A stretch of DNA of 64,000 nucleotides, taken from Glycera tridactyla (lineage: Eukaryota). Shown here in pieces: positions 22,021-34,559 of the stretch. The stretch is from NCBI GenBank assembly GCA_965644265.1, contig OZ286462.1, positions 50,530,001 through 50,594,000 of the forward strand. The letters are read 5' to 3'. Made by a program: the position numbers and the translations under genes. The notes beneath the pieces are model-generated. The model ran no database searches and was not told the origin of the DNA. It worked only from the letters and a program-made list of their open reading frames with translations. Positions within the stretch are counted from its first letter, which is position 1. Every line of letters begins with the position of its first letter.

Positions 22021-24578
22021 CACAAATACCACCCTAAGCATGAAATGAGATGATGGATAAAATCGTTCTTGATATTGTTTTGGATATTATATCATGAAAC
22101 CTTTTACTTGAGATATTCTTCTCCTAGAAAAGCATAATGCATTTCAGCAATTATGAATCTACAAATAATCAGCAGGAAAGGATCCAGTGCGAGTATGTGG
22201 TTGATATCACATGGTTGATCACAGATCACAGAAACTATCGCAGTAATGGAGGAAATATTGGTCACCATTATACATATCCTCCTGACCCTTTTCTATCATA
22301 TATGGCAAAAGACTTCCATTTATATCTTGTACTGTGATGCAATTCTGCTACTTTGGTTGGGTAGATATTAGGGGAGATTTGCTAGCAGTCAAGATGGATT
22401 GTAGCCATGTGGCAGGCAATTCAGTCAGTTCATAGCTTGCATTGATGAGCTGTAGATGATGACCAGATATAAAAGAGATGTGAGGTGTGAAGGGTTATCG
22501 GAGGATGCCACTAATGATGATCTGTGCCGTATTGGTAGAGTGAGAGAGCATTAAGGCAGTTGAGAGAGAGAGAGACGGCCATCCTTCATTTGATGGAAAG
22601 GTTGAGGCTATCCACCGAATCATTCACTTGCCAGGTCGAAATCATTTGGCAATGTGTTTGCCTCGCTGCCTTCCATATACACCAGTCCAAACGTGGCCGA
22701 ATGAGAAACCATAGAATTTGCGTCAACTGGACAGGCATCATCAGCTGGTGTGCAGTGAAGCGCGTGAATGACACTGATCGGCACAAATCAGTCCCCCAGC
22801 AGCGGTTGGACTGGCGTTTGCTGATCTACTTCAAGCTTGGATGCCACCGGCCAAGTTACCTCTCGTAGTCAGACCTTCATCTGCTCACAAAGGCAACTCA
22901 GGACATTGACCATTGTGGCATTTATAACACTATACACACTTCATTTCCTTCCTATGGCAAGATATCTGGGATCATTTCGATGAAATGACATGTGCTAAAA
23001 TGAAAATGATGAAATGGTAGGGTACATAAAACCAAAAATCAGTGCCAACTAGGCACATTTGAGTCAGCATACTTTTATAAGAATACAAAATTGTTGCATA
23101 TGGACATATGAAATAGTATATTGAAACTGAATCAATATGTCTGAATAGCCCATCCAGCTTCTTTAGTCAGCTCCCTACCCGAGGGTTACTTCTACAGAAC
23201 TGTGAAGAACATCTCGGGTATTACAGCTGCTCCCAAGAAATGATTAGTGGCCAGTTTTGTCCCGGATTTGGAAGTTGTAGGGGCCTAATATTGACATCCT
23301 CTCATGGTCTTGGCTGAGCTTGGTGTATAAATTGGTTTGATGTTGGCTGGGGTCATCATGTTCCAGACTGCCCTAGTCAGGCAAGTTCTAAGAGTCAAAT
23401 ATTGATTTTAGTAGCCTGTCATGATTGGAAATAACCAAGATTCCAGGAGCCAGTCGGCCCAAAACTTTATCAGTATTCAGTGAAGTTGCCAATAAAATTG
23501 CTTCATAGGGGCCTACCTATCAGTGTAATCCTTGGAAATGTATGGCGGGCATGACAAGGGTGCCACAGCAGAATACAAGCAATGCTGCTAGAATTTCCCA
23601 ATCTGAATGATCATTTCTGAAGTACATGTACACGTATGCAATCATGTGATCTCACCTCCACCACAAGGTCACATGACCACAACATCTAGTCGCATTTGCC
23701 ATGGGTCGACAAAGGGGTTTGGATGAATCTTGAAAGCTCCCGAGCTTCCAAGCTTACTGTGAGTTCCGTGAATTTATCATTCATGATATCACTATGCTCT
23801 TGCTCTTTGTGGTTTGATCATTTGACTCACGTTTTTGCTGGTTTGACCCATCAATACAGAATGATCGTACATTTGATTCGTAGGATAAACACTCATGATT
23901 GTCTATGGCCCATTATCCTCAGCCATGACCCATACTTTGGCCAGTTATTGGGCCGCATGAGCCGCCTTTGTTCCAGATAATCTGCTGCACTAATGAAATA
24001 AGACACAATGGGAATGGTGGACTCCCGATCAGTCGCAGTCAACAGGTGCAGGATGGGATGGTTCAAATTAATCACTCGGCCGCAATCACGCCCCTGGGAT
24101 GCTACTCCCTCACAGAATGCACTGACAAGAATGCCGTATCAGCCACCACTTGCTGGCACATCGTTTTTATCTCACATTCAATTCAATTTATAATTTAGAA
24201 AGATTTGGTTTCGATTGTCAGATTTTTGTCACGATTTGTTCAAAGCATCCTATTCTGGTATTGATAACATCAATCAAATCTGCATTGATGATTTTGTCTA
24301 TCCGTTTTCCTGTGATAAGATGATTTGATATGCCCAGCAGTCGAATATACAGTGTACCGCAGGAAAAAATTAAGAAACCAGGAGATAGCATCCTCAAGGA
24401 GATTGATTGTTGTAACTTGTGCTTTGTGAAGCCGGATCTCGCAGATGTCTTGACCTCTATGGTCATTAATTATACCGTGTATAATAGAATGTGACTACAA
24501 ATCAGTCTGACTTGAACTTCTGATGAGAGTCAATTCATCAGAAATCGCATGTTTTAGAGGGTCTTTCAGTGGTTGGAT

Positions 24579-24808
24579 CGGACGGACGGACAGAGGGACG
24601 GACGGAGGGACGGACGGACGGAGGGACGGACGGACGGAGGGAGGGCAGACTGAGGGACGGAGGGAGGGACGGCCGTTGGGACGGACGTTGGGACGGACGG
24701 ACGGACGTTGGGACGGACGGACGGAGGGACGGACGGAGGGATGGACGGAGGGAGGGACGGACGGACGGAGGGACGGACGGAGGGACGGACGGAGGGACGG
24801 ACGGAGGG
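24579..24808. repeat. (GGAC/GGAG)n compound microsatellite running into a gap; possibly part of a reverse-oriented HINE-like element
   Basis: Directly visible; same motif class as 40512-40616. Confidence 0.9.
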
Positions 24809-25259
24809 NNNNNNNNNNNNNNNNNNNNNNNNNNNNNNNNNNNNNNNNNNNNNNNNNNNNNNNNNNNNNNNNNNNNNNNNNNNNNNNNNNNNNNNNNNNN
24901 NNNNNNNNNNNNNNNNNNNNNNNNNNNNNNNNNNNNNNNNNNNNNNNNNNNNNNNNNNNNNNNNNNNNNNNNNNNNNNNNNNNNNNNNNNNNNNNNNNNN
25001 NNNNNNNNNNNNNNNNNNNNNNNNNNNNNNNNNNNNNNNNNNNNNNNNNNNNNNNNNNNNNNNNNNNNNNNNNNNNNNNNNNNNNNNNNNNNNNNNNNNN
25101 NNNNNNNNNNNNNNNNNNNNNNNNNNNNNNNNNNNNNNNNNNNNNNNNNNNNNNNNNNNNNNNNNNNNNNNNNNNNNNNNNNNNNNNNNNNNNNNNNNNN
25201 NNNNNNNNNNNNNNNNNNNNNNNNNNNNNNNNNNNNNNNNNNNNNNNNNNNNNNNNNNN
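24809..25259. other. Assembly gap
   Basis: N run. Confidence 1.
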
Positions 25260-25762
25260 ACATGCGCATGTACTTGTGCATGACAGACTCATGCGTTGAG
25301 TATGGATGGGTGTTCCTGCTCACAAGAGGAGCACTGATTCCTAATAGGTGTGAGGTGGAATGTCATTGTCAAGTCTGACACCATTAACTCAGCAGCAACA
25401 ACCATAAGTTGGCCGACAGTGAAGTAGAGCGATAGATGGGACATTGGTGCCAGTGTGTCAGCAAGTTCGTGAGCTGCCTGCGGATGACTTCTGATTGGTC
25501 AATGAGCCTTCGTTGACTCATTCATTCTTCGGAAGCTAATGACTTCACCATTATACCAGAGAACCTGCCAGATGCAGCAGATATTCTGCCATCCGATACT
25601 GTCTGTAATTCCCATCCGCTTTGCAATAGTTCTTGGATATCATTTTCAAATGGTTCCTTTGTGGTACAAAAGCAACAACTCAAGGTATCAGACATATGGT
25701 AGTTCATTCAGTAGCCATAGTCAGTGACTTGGGTTGTAAATTTTATGTTTGGTTCAGGCACC

Positions 25763-25953
25763 NNNNNNNNNNNNNNNNNNNNNNNNNNNNNNNNNNNNNN
25801 NNNNNNNNNNNNNNNNNNNNNNNNNNNNNNNNNNNNNNNNNNNNNNNNNNNNNNNNNNNNNNNNNNNNNNNNNNNNNNNNNNNNNNNNNNNNNNNNNNNN
25901 NNNNNNNNNNNNNNNNNNNNNNNNNNNNNNNNNNNNNNNNNNNNNNNNNNNNN
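25763..25953. other. Assembly gap
   Basis: N run. Confidence 1.
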
Positions 25954-26005
25954 CAGCCTTTGAAATTCAACAGGTGTCAGGCCAAAATGATAACCACTGT
26001 GTGCG

Positions 26006-26155
26006 NNNNNNNNNNNNNNNNNNNNNNNNNNNNNNNNNNNNNNNNNNNNNNNNNNNNNNNNNNNNNNNNNNNNNNNNNNNNNNNNNNNNNNNNNNNNNNN
26101 NNNNNNNNNNNNNNNNNNNNNNNNNNNNNNNNNNNNNNNNNNNNNNNNNNNNNNN
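26006..26155. other. Assembly gap
   Basis: N run. Confidence 1.
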
Positions 26156-27031
26156 TGTTTGATGTGATCGTTGCTTTCAACTGTTCAAAATAATTGAAGC
26201 CCCAAAAAAGAGGTAATTGTCAGAGACCAATGACCCAGCAACCATCTACTCTGTATTTATGCCACTTTCATCACACATATCACACAGACTTGTCTGCAGC
26301 AACCACTTAGAGAGGTGCTCGGCCCTTTCACTGTCATCGTCACACCTCTACACTTTGTGTCATTTCTTCTCTACTCAATAATCTCTCCTGCCATTTGTCC
26401 TCATTGCTGACTTCTTTCCAGACTTATGGCGCTTATGCTTTATGAATAACGGAAGTAACTGTCTGCGGTAAGGTGGCTGCACTCTCTCCAACTACTACCG
26501 CTATTCCAGCGGTATGCCATGTTGCTTCTCCAGAGATATTCCAGAACATTTTTAGGTAGAAATACTGCATATGTGAGAAAATCTTCATGCAATGAGCAAA
26601 ATTCATGTGCCCTGTGAGTGAATTCCAAATGCCTTAAGGGAGAGCGTTGTTTCTTTTGTTAAACATATTTTGATGATGTTGAATTACATTTCAAAAATGT
26701 GTTTGACTGGGCACATTACCATGTGAACTGTGCTCCAATAGTTCATTTGATGTGGCTAAGGGACAAGGACACACAGCCAAGGGACTGTAGTGTATATGAA
26801 CTTGTCTTAAGTGCATCTTCAAGAAAAAATGTTAATCAGTCCGTTTTTCTGATGATGAATAGAAGGTCTAATAGAGCATGATCGGCTGATCACTCTTGTA
26901 GTCAATGTGCGGAAATTGGACCAAAACTAATGAAATTATATTGAAAGTTCAGTTCAGTTCAGTTTGACTCTCATACCTTTCTATGAGAGTGTTTCATTAT
27001 ACATGATTTTTGGAATGCTACAATCTCACTG

Positions 27032-27234
27032 CAGGGTTCTACATTAACTGTTTTTGTCAGCTGTCCTTTAGGCAGGTGAAATGTGTCATTCACACCTGCC
27101 CTCCTGCATATATGCATAGCCTAAATAATGGTAGAGTACCTGCTCTTAGAGCAGGCAGACTTGATAAAATCACCTGCCCTACCAACAAATTTGCCGGCCT
27201 GTGCCAGTAGGGCAATCCTTAGCGTAGAGCCCTG
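27032..27234 (+). mobile_element. hAT-like MITE (203 bp); degenerate relative at ~61455-61645
   Basis: TIR CAGGGTTCTAC / GTAGAGCCCTG, repeated ACCTGCCC. Flanked by a 5-bp direct repeat CACTG; no 8-bp TSD visible. Confidence 0.7.
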
Positions 27235-28029
27235 CACTGTGATATCATTGACCTGTAATCTTAAGTCAAATTGATGAGAAGAATTGAATCGGTGGTAATG
27301 GAGATTTTAATTGTATTATTGTGTCTGTAGCGAATTTTCATATATTTAGGCATGATAATTTGGGGGCATTCATGGGTGTAATCATTTGGAATATAGAGAC
27401 CACCGACTAGCGGCTCCAGTCATCAGTGGTGTGTCTCACAGCATTTACAAGAAGACCCCATGTATTTCTCATGATGATATATCGCTCAGAAATCCATGCT
27501 TGTTTTATGCTGAGGTTTTTCTACTTTCATAGCTACCTGGATATCAGGGTTTGGCTGCCTCTGCTCAAGAAGTCTTGGTGGTATGCGAATGGTACATAGA
27601 TGCTTACAGAGAACAAATACACACATATGTTTCTTACAACATACACTTACTGCCAACTTTTCCCTGACTCCCACTTTATTTATTTGTCAAATCTACTACT
27701 CCCAACAACCTACCATATGTTCTTACAACAATGTAGTTGACAACATTCATTTTTCTATCACAGAATGAGATGGAAATTTTACTAACTTCTTTCTAATGGG
27801 GTCAGATTTCCCTACAATGCTGTAGCTCGCATGGCTGTGATTCCCCATGTGTTTATCCATGCCGTGTGAGAGGGTAAAAGCTAGAAGGCTAATGCAATGT
27901 GTTTATGTAAACAACCAGATAATATGTGAATGCGGAAGAAAGAGAGCTAATTCAGTTCTGATTGTTGGGAAAGTTTTTGGATTAACCCTTCATCATATTG
28001 TGTCCTTTAAATGTGACTTAATGTGGTTT

Positions 28030-28230
28030 GTTGGTTGTTTGGCTGTTGGTTGGTTGGTTGGTTGGTTGGTTGGTTGGTTGGTTGGTTGAGGTTGGAATGA
28101 CTCAACCCATAGAATGATGTATGCCATGTAAGATTTGGATGCTTCCACTCCTGTGAGCATCACCTTCAGAGCCCCTGGACACTGATGATGGGGAGTCAGA
28201 TGGGTTACCCATTAGAAATCCATGGATCAA
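28030..28230 (-). mobile_element. SINE-like repeat in reverse, with (CCAA)n tail (TTGG microsatellite 28045-28088)
   Basis: Reverse complement reads CATGGCATACATCATTCTATGGGTTGAGTCATTCCAACCTCAACCAACC. Confidence 0.55.
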
Positions 28231-29132
28231 TAGTTTCAACTAGTATCACAGAAGTTATGACACTGTTTTTGTAACATTCATGCCAAATTTGCACTGAAAT
28301 GACAAGATGTTTATGCAGCATTAAAACCAATCAACGGTACTATACTGTGAGTGAACTGTCCCAATAGGGTAGATGGTCACCTATTTGTTTTACTAAATTT
28401 GCCACCATTTACTTGTGTCATAATGAAATGACATACCCTGATGAAGGAATTTTTGAAAATTTTCAAAAACATAATCATCATTATTATGGCCATTTTGCTA
28501 TATGTTTCTGTAAAGAAGAGGGTTCAGTTGTTGCTTTTTTTTTCAGTAAGACAGTTTTCTTTCTTGCATAGAACATTATCCAATATCAGACTGCTGGTGC
28601 ATGACACTAGACAATTATTTGTTGCAAGGCAGATATTCATATTTTTGTAATCTCCTTATGCATTTTGAATTTGAAAGGGTAAAAGCTGGATTGCTAATCC
28701 AATGTATTCTTATAACCAGCCAGATAATATGCGAATGAGGAAGAAAGAGCTAATTCACTTCTGATTGTTGGAAAAGTTTGCGGATTGACCCTTTTCATGT
28801 TGTGTGCTTTAAGTATAAGTTGAATGGATTGCTGGTATGCCATGTGATAGATGGATGCTTTGTCTCTTCTGATCATCACTCTCACAAACCCTGAACACAG
28901 ATAAGGTGGAGCCAGGTTGGTCACCTTTTAGACATCAATGAATCAATAGATTGAAATCATGAAGTTTGGAGAAATATGGCATATTCTAGTCAAGTTGACA
29001 CTGGTAGGCATTGAGACATCGGGTCTTTTCAGATATACATTGTGTCAATACATATTGTTCAGATTGGCTGGACATGAATATAAGCTCATGCTAGCTGCTG
29101 GTGTTGCTAAATCGTCCAAAGGACATTTTTGA

Positions 29133-29314
29133 AATAGTCAAACCTGTCGATGAAGACTACCTTCGCTTGCATCTCAAAGCGGCCTTCATAGGCAGGTGGT
29201 CATTATAAAGAGCTCATTTCCTGTTGAAAATACTACCACGGTCACGGCTCAGGGTGGATTTTATAGAGAGGTGGTCTTCATAGTAAGGTGATCTTTTAAG
29301 CAGGTCCAACTGTA
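29133..29314. mobile_element. ~182-bp TA-type MITE
   Basis: (A)TAGTCAAACCTG / CAGGTCCAACTGTA ends; interior matches 16604 (GTTGAAAATACT.CCACGGTC.C..CTCAGGGTGG). Confidence 0.8.
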
Positions 29315-29559
29315 TTGCAAACTTTGTCATCATTAGCATTGTCATTTTGCTATATGTCTGCAGAGAAAAGGGTTCAGAAGCTTTTTGATAACACGACAGT
29401 TGACCCTTCCCTGCATGGAAAATTAATCAACATCATGCTGCTGGTGCAGCCTACTAAAAACCATATGATATAAGCCAAAAAAAATTATTTGTTGTATTGA
29501 CCTTGTGACTTTTGAATTTAGGTGACAATATTCCAATAAGCTGTTACTGTGGCAGTGTT

Positions 29560-29902
29560 GTACCATTCCAGCTTCAGGTCTGAGTAGTTTCAGTTACTGT
29601 GTGCGAGGATTATTGTTATCAGGCTTGAGTGTCAGCTTCCAGCCAGTTACATAGTTACATATGCCATCATAGGTTTACTATGTTTATGTAGAGTAGGAAG
29701 AGGTGTGTCTGAACTGTCAGCTATCTCCACTTGACAACCTCTCATCTTCCCCATCATCTTGTGTTCAGGGTTTGTTGGAGAGATGTCTGGGACATAATGT
29801 TGAACCAGAACCAACCAATCTAGCTTTCATCGACCAGGAACACACCACATACATAAGCCTAGGGTTGATACATGCCTTAAACCTCAAACAAACCAACAAA
29901 TC
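29560..29902 (+). mobile_element. SINE-like repeat, longest copy
   Basis: GAGGTGTGTCTGAACTGTCAGCTA...CCATCATCTTGTGTTCAGGGTTTG...AAACCTCAAACAAACCAACAAA. Confidence 0.55.
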
Positions 29903-30535
29903 CAAGCTTATCAGGGTGATATTATGTTAAATATATGCATGTCAAACATTTGTTATCACTAGAGATCAAAGGGTACTATCACACACTCATACTGGCCATA
30001 CATGAATTAACATAATCTGTAACTCATGCCCCCCCCCCCCCCCCAAAAAAAAGAGGTAAACATAATGCCATCTGAATTGCAAAACATGGGTTTGCTTGTA
30101 ATTCTTTCAATTCCAAAATAAACTGACAACATTTTGTCAGAGACGCAGCGATTCAGATTTCCTACAAAACCAGGACAAAATAGATGACAATCTGAGCCAA
30201 GGAGACCACTTTGTTATTTTCATCCTGCCCGCTAATCAGCTGTATTTCTCCTCAGTTTCACTCCAGACAGTTTTGTTATCAGAAACATGGGGTCCAATCA
30301 TACTAACAGCGAGTTTGGTAATTCATTTGTTATTCCACTTGCAAACACAAGAAACCTCATCCATGCTATCCACTTTTTTGTTTTGAGCATCATGATCAAT
30401 TGTATCTGATGATCAGATCAAACAAAAGGAAGAGTCGCAAGTTATTGTTCCCCTTCCCATCTACATATGTATCTGAAAATATCCCCAACTGCTGCCCCAA
30501 AGATAGACAATGCCTAACAAACCAACCAAGAAACC

Positions 30536-30651
30536 AGTCAATTGTACAATAGCTCAGCAGAGGAAACAATTCATGCTCTTTTGATATTTTGAGCTCAAAA
30601 TATAAAAAGAGCATGAATTGTTTTCTCTGCTGAGCTATTGTACATTTGACT
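30536..30651. repeat. 116-bp near-perfect palindrome with no spacer
   Basis: Two 58-bp arms, 55/58 complementary, centred on GAG|CTC (30593/30594). Confidence 0.95.
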
Positions 30652-33064
30652 ATTCACGAAAGGAAGGAATCAATGTCTGTCAATAACTGTTACACCAGGA
30701 AAGGGATTTACCTATAATGAACTTGAAAATTTGTAACTATTCGACATATCTTCATGCATTTTCACCAGCATAGTTTTCTGCCTCCCATCTTTAAATTGAG
30801 TGTCATCTTTGAAATAATGTCAAGAATTTGCAGCATGGCACTACCTTTGATAAACATCAACATGCCAGGCTGGAGTCTGTGAAGAATGAAATTTCAAAGG
30901 TCAAACGAATCTAGAGGAAACTGTTGAATGTCATGTAGGAGACATAAAGGATGGGTGTCTTGCTGATGTCAACTCTGGGGCCATAAAGAGTATACCTACA
31001 TTAAACACAGGCCATACGCCAGTTTGTGTCAATCGATGTTTTGTCCATTAAGAATGTGTTTTCTCACTACTCCCTCTGCCTGACCCTGCATTGAGATAAT
31101 CATTTATCTCCACTCCCGACTCTTTCATCGCCTCATTCTTCTGAATTGCCCACTGATATATTGTCATCAAAACATGCTGAACTCAATGACAATATCAGAA
31201 ATTGATCTTAGGGTGGAATGTCAGGATGATGCTAGATTCCTTCAGCATCTGAATCCATTTCAGAACTAACCTTCTCAGTCCTTACACTCTGTTCATCATG
31301 TAACCTCATCCAGATGATTTGTTCACTTAGATATCAGACATCAAATATGATGAACAATTTTATGTAGAACTTCACAGAATTTGACATCAACTTGCAAAAT
31401 CCACATTGTTTGTCATCCATTCAGAAGAATATAGACCTTAGCCCATTGTTGGTGAAGGAGAAAATTAATGAAGAAATGGACAGATTAATCGTTGGTATTA
31501 ATTGTCTGGCACATAGACTTAGAACAGACAAATTAGGTATTACATATTGAGGTGTTGATTGGATATGGATTACATAATCTTCATCATTAGTGAGCAGGGC
31601 AACTACTGTGAAAGCTAAAGTATATGTGGATGTTTGTAAGGTTGATGCAATGATGTGCATGCTTTCATGTTCATGTTTGCCAAAAATATCCATGACTACC
31701 AAATGTGAGGGATAATCCGCCACCAATGAAACCTATTCAGCTTCACACATGCCTGCATGTGTATGATTCTGACAAAAAACGCAGGCATAACTTGGTTGGT
31801 GGGACATAGGTGGTCACATGGCATTGATGAATTAAAGTCTGGAATATGCATTTATTCAGCCCCAAGATTTTTCATATGGTTCACCTTTTATAACTTGTAT
31901 GAAAATCTGGAGAGTGTGTTGTTTTCGAGAGAGTGGATGCTTTCAATCTGCCCTTCTGAATAGAGAGTGGCTGTCAAAGTGTATCCTGAAGGCTGCAACA
32001 TATGTACACAGTTGGATGAAGGAATAGATGGATGGTGCAATTGGTGAGATGATAATGATGTGGGAGTGAAAGGGTCACTGCTTCATCAATAATGGCACAG
32101 CAGCTTCCATCTTCCATCACCTTTCTACTTCAATGGACCATCAATAAGTCATCACATGAATACCGTGCTGACCAATCAACATGGCCTATAGCATAGGTCA
32201 CATGCTCACTGATTGGCCAATCAACAGGAGGTGATAGATCACATGCTCTCTCATTGGCCGGTACAAAGCTGATGCAGTGGTCAGGCACCTTGCTCCTTGT
32301 GATTGAAAGGCATTTCAAATTATTCACTCAGTGCCACAGCTGCTATTGTTGAAAGGTCAAGCCCTGGCGCCTAATCCCCATTCTATGTTGATTCTGAGAT
32401 GCAGTGATTCATGCTATTGCTCGTTATCCCAACTTGAATTGATCATCACAAAGCATCGTCTTTGTTGTTGGAGGTCCTGAAACAATATAGCTACTTAACA
32501 ATTTGCTTATGTTCATCCCAATATCTTAAGTATTAGAGAATTGATAGATTTTGCTTTCTTCACAATAAGTGGAATTGTCATGCCGATTTCATGACATTGG
32601 CTTCTCATGTAGTCTAAAACATTCACACAAAAATGCAGCTCCTTCATCAAATGGCAAATAATCGCAACTCAGATTGGTGCATGAAATTGTACCTATGTAT
32701 TGATTATTTGTTGATGTATTCGATGAGGTCACTGAGAAAGAAATTTTGTTGATATATTGAATACAGTCAATGAGAAGAAAAATTGTGTTGGATATTGCTC
32801 ACAGATACATGGCATTATTACCTTGTTCATGAAAGGATACAGTTTTCGAAGACCATACATTTTGGTTTCGATACATATGAATATGGTTTTGTTTGGAGGT
32901 ATTCAGATTTATCACAGGCGTAATGTATATATGAGGAGTATGCAGGTAGTATTACATTTCAGTCAGTCTGAATGTATAAAGGAAATGCACCATATTGTTG
33001 CATTCTGCCAGTGACAATAACTTCAGTATCACATTTCATTGGCCATACACAGGCAAACAGAGTC

Positions 33065-33070
<6 letters not shown>

Positions 33071-33133
<63 letters not shown>
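33071..33133. repeat. (GT)n microsatellite
   Basis: Directly visible. Confidence 0.98.
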
Positions 33134-33134
<1 letters not shown>

Positions 33135-33343
33135 ACCACACTGAAGGGGAGGGTGTGGTTCTTTCTTTAAATTTGTCGATATGTGCATATAACAGGAACA
33201 TTGAACCATTAGAATCAAATAGAATTTCATTCAAACTGATGAGAGAACAGTGTGTAAGAGATATCATCCAAACTATTGCTGGATCAAATTCAAATGTGAC
33301 AGATTTGGGGGAGGTTGAGCACACATGCTTGATACCATCAAAT

Positions 33344-33450
33344 TAGATAAAATAAGATAAGATAAGATAACTTTATTTAACTTTGTCAAACAAAAAAACA
33401 CACAATTGCTCTATAACTAGAGCTTTTCCGGTGCAGACGAAAAATACAGG
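33344..33450 (-). mobile_element. 3'-end-only fragment of a CR1-type LINE related to the element at 1-8050
   Basis: Reverse complement GTATTTTTCGTC-tgcacc-GGAAAAGC...GTTTGAC..A...AAATAAAGT-(TATCT)n parallels 7962-8050. Confidence 0.7.
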
Positions 33451-33469
33451 AAAACTTAAAAATAACCAG

Positions 33470-33692
33470 CTTTGGTTGATTGGTATCAGTGTCTATGGGA
33501 CTAGGTAGAGGTGTGTCTGAACTGTCAGCTACTTCCACTTGGCAACCTTTCAGGTACCCCATCATCTCTAGTTCCGGATGTGTGATATCTGCAGGGGAGA
33601 GAATATGTAGCTTTCATTGACCATGAATACACAGCATACATAATACTCTGGGTTGATTCATGCTGTTAAACAGCAAACCAAACAGACAACCA
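33470..33692 (+). mobile_element. SINE-like repeat copy
   Basis: GGTAGAGGTGTGTCTGAACTGTCAGCTA...GCAGGGGAGAGAA...TAGCTTTCATTGACCA...GGGTTGATTCATGCTGTTAAAC. Confidence 0.55.
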
Positions 33693-34379
33693 TCAATGAC
33701 CTAACCATAACCTGAACTATTGTTCCAGCATCCAGCAAATGTGTATTCGTTTTCCTTATGATGCATGATAAGCATGAAGTAGGGGCAGTTGAGTGGGTTA
33801 GCATTTCAGTGGATATTAACCCCAGAGCAGAATGTATGAGAAGCGGCTGCTGATCCTTTGCTTCTATACATCAGGCGCTATGAATAGCAATGTCTCGGTG
33901 GCAAGCCTTCTCAGATAAAATACTAGCAAGACGCATAAATACGTCCAACAGGAGATCCTCGAACCATTGTTGCCGACCGCCAGACCAACTATTTCAGAAT
34001 CATAAATGTTCATCGGAGTGAGAAAGCACTTCTGTGAATGGGTGGAGTATATATATATGTCAGGGGAGGATGCATGCCAATGCATCGATGTTCCAGAATC
34101 TATCTGATATACTGTACATTCCAGGCTCAATTACTATATTTTTAAGTGAGAAAGCAAGTTTAATTCAATCAAGTTCTCTCCTGAAAATGATCTGAATTAA
34201 TAGAGATGGATAAAGGGCATTACAAAGGATGTCAGAATGTTACATGGATTTTGCCATAGAGGGATATTTGAGATATGGTGGTGTGGAATCTGGGCAGAGT
34301 GGCTAAGCTTTGAATGCATCGAAAACAATGTAGGTATTACCAGCAGACTGATTTATAAGTTAATCACTTTTGATAGAAT

Positions 34380-34559
34380 TACAGTAAAACCTGCTATAGT
34401 GCGATCCTGTCCACAGTGAAATCCTGTCTACAGTGAAAAGAAAAATCTGGCCCGAACGTTTTTTTTTTCACTAAATACGACCTGTATATAGTGAAAACCT
34501 GTCTACAGTGAAAAAAAAATCTGGCCTGTGACTTTTCACTATAGACAGGTTTTACTGTA
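34380..34559. mobile_element. 180-bp TA-flanked MITE, distinct interior (CTACAGTGAAA repeats)
   Basis: Perfect TACAGTAAAACCTG / CAGGTTTTACTGTA ends. Confidence 0.9.

Larger units (their letters stand above)
27868..29490 (+). repeat. Old ~0.8-kb tandem duplication (27868-28672 / 28673-29490)
   Basis: Paired blocks: GGGTAAAAGCT...CCAGATAATATG.GAATG.GGAAGAAAGAG at 27868 and 28673; CATTTTGCTATATGT...AGGGTTCAG...CTGCTGGTGCA at 28480 and 29335. Each unit contains a reverse SINE-like segment. Confidence 0.7.

Noticed and set aside
22560-22868. 102-aa ORF in a CpG-containing patch
   Set aside because: Starts with TTG in a GA run, lacks a domain signature, and has no supporting splice sites.
24495-26193. 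Long ORFs with GRTD/PSVR repeats and X runs
   Set aside because: Produced by a GGAC microsatellite and N gaps; the same applies to ORFs spanning the gaps at 35.7, 46.6 and 49.8 kb.
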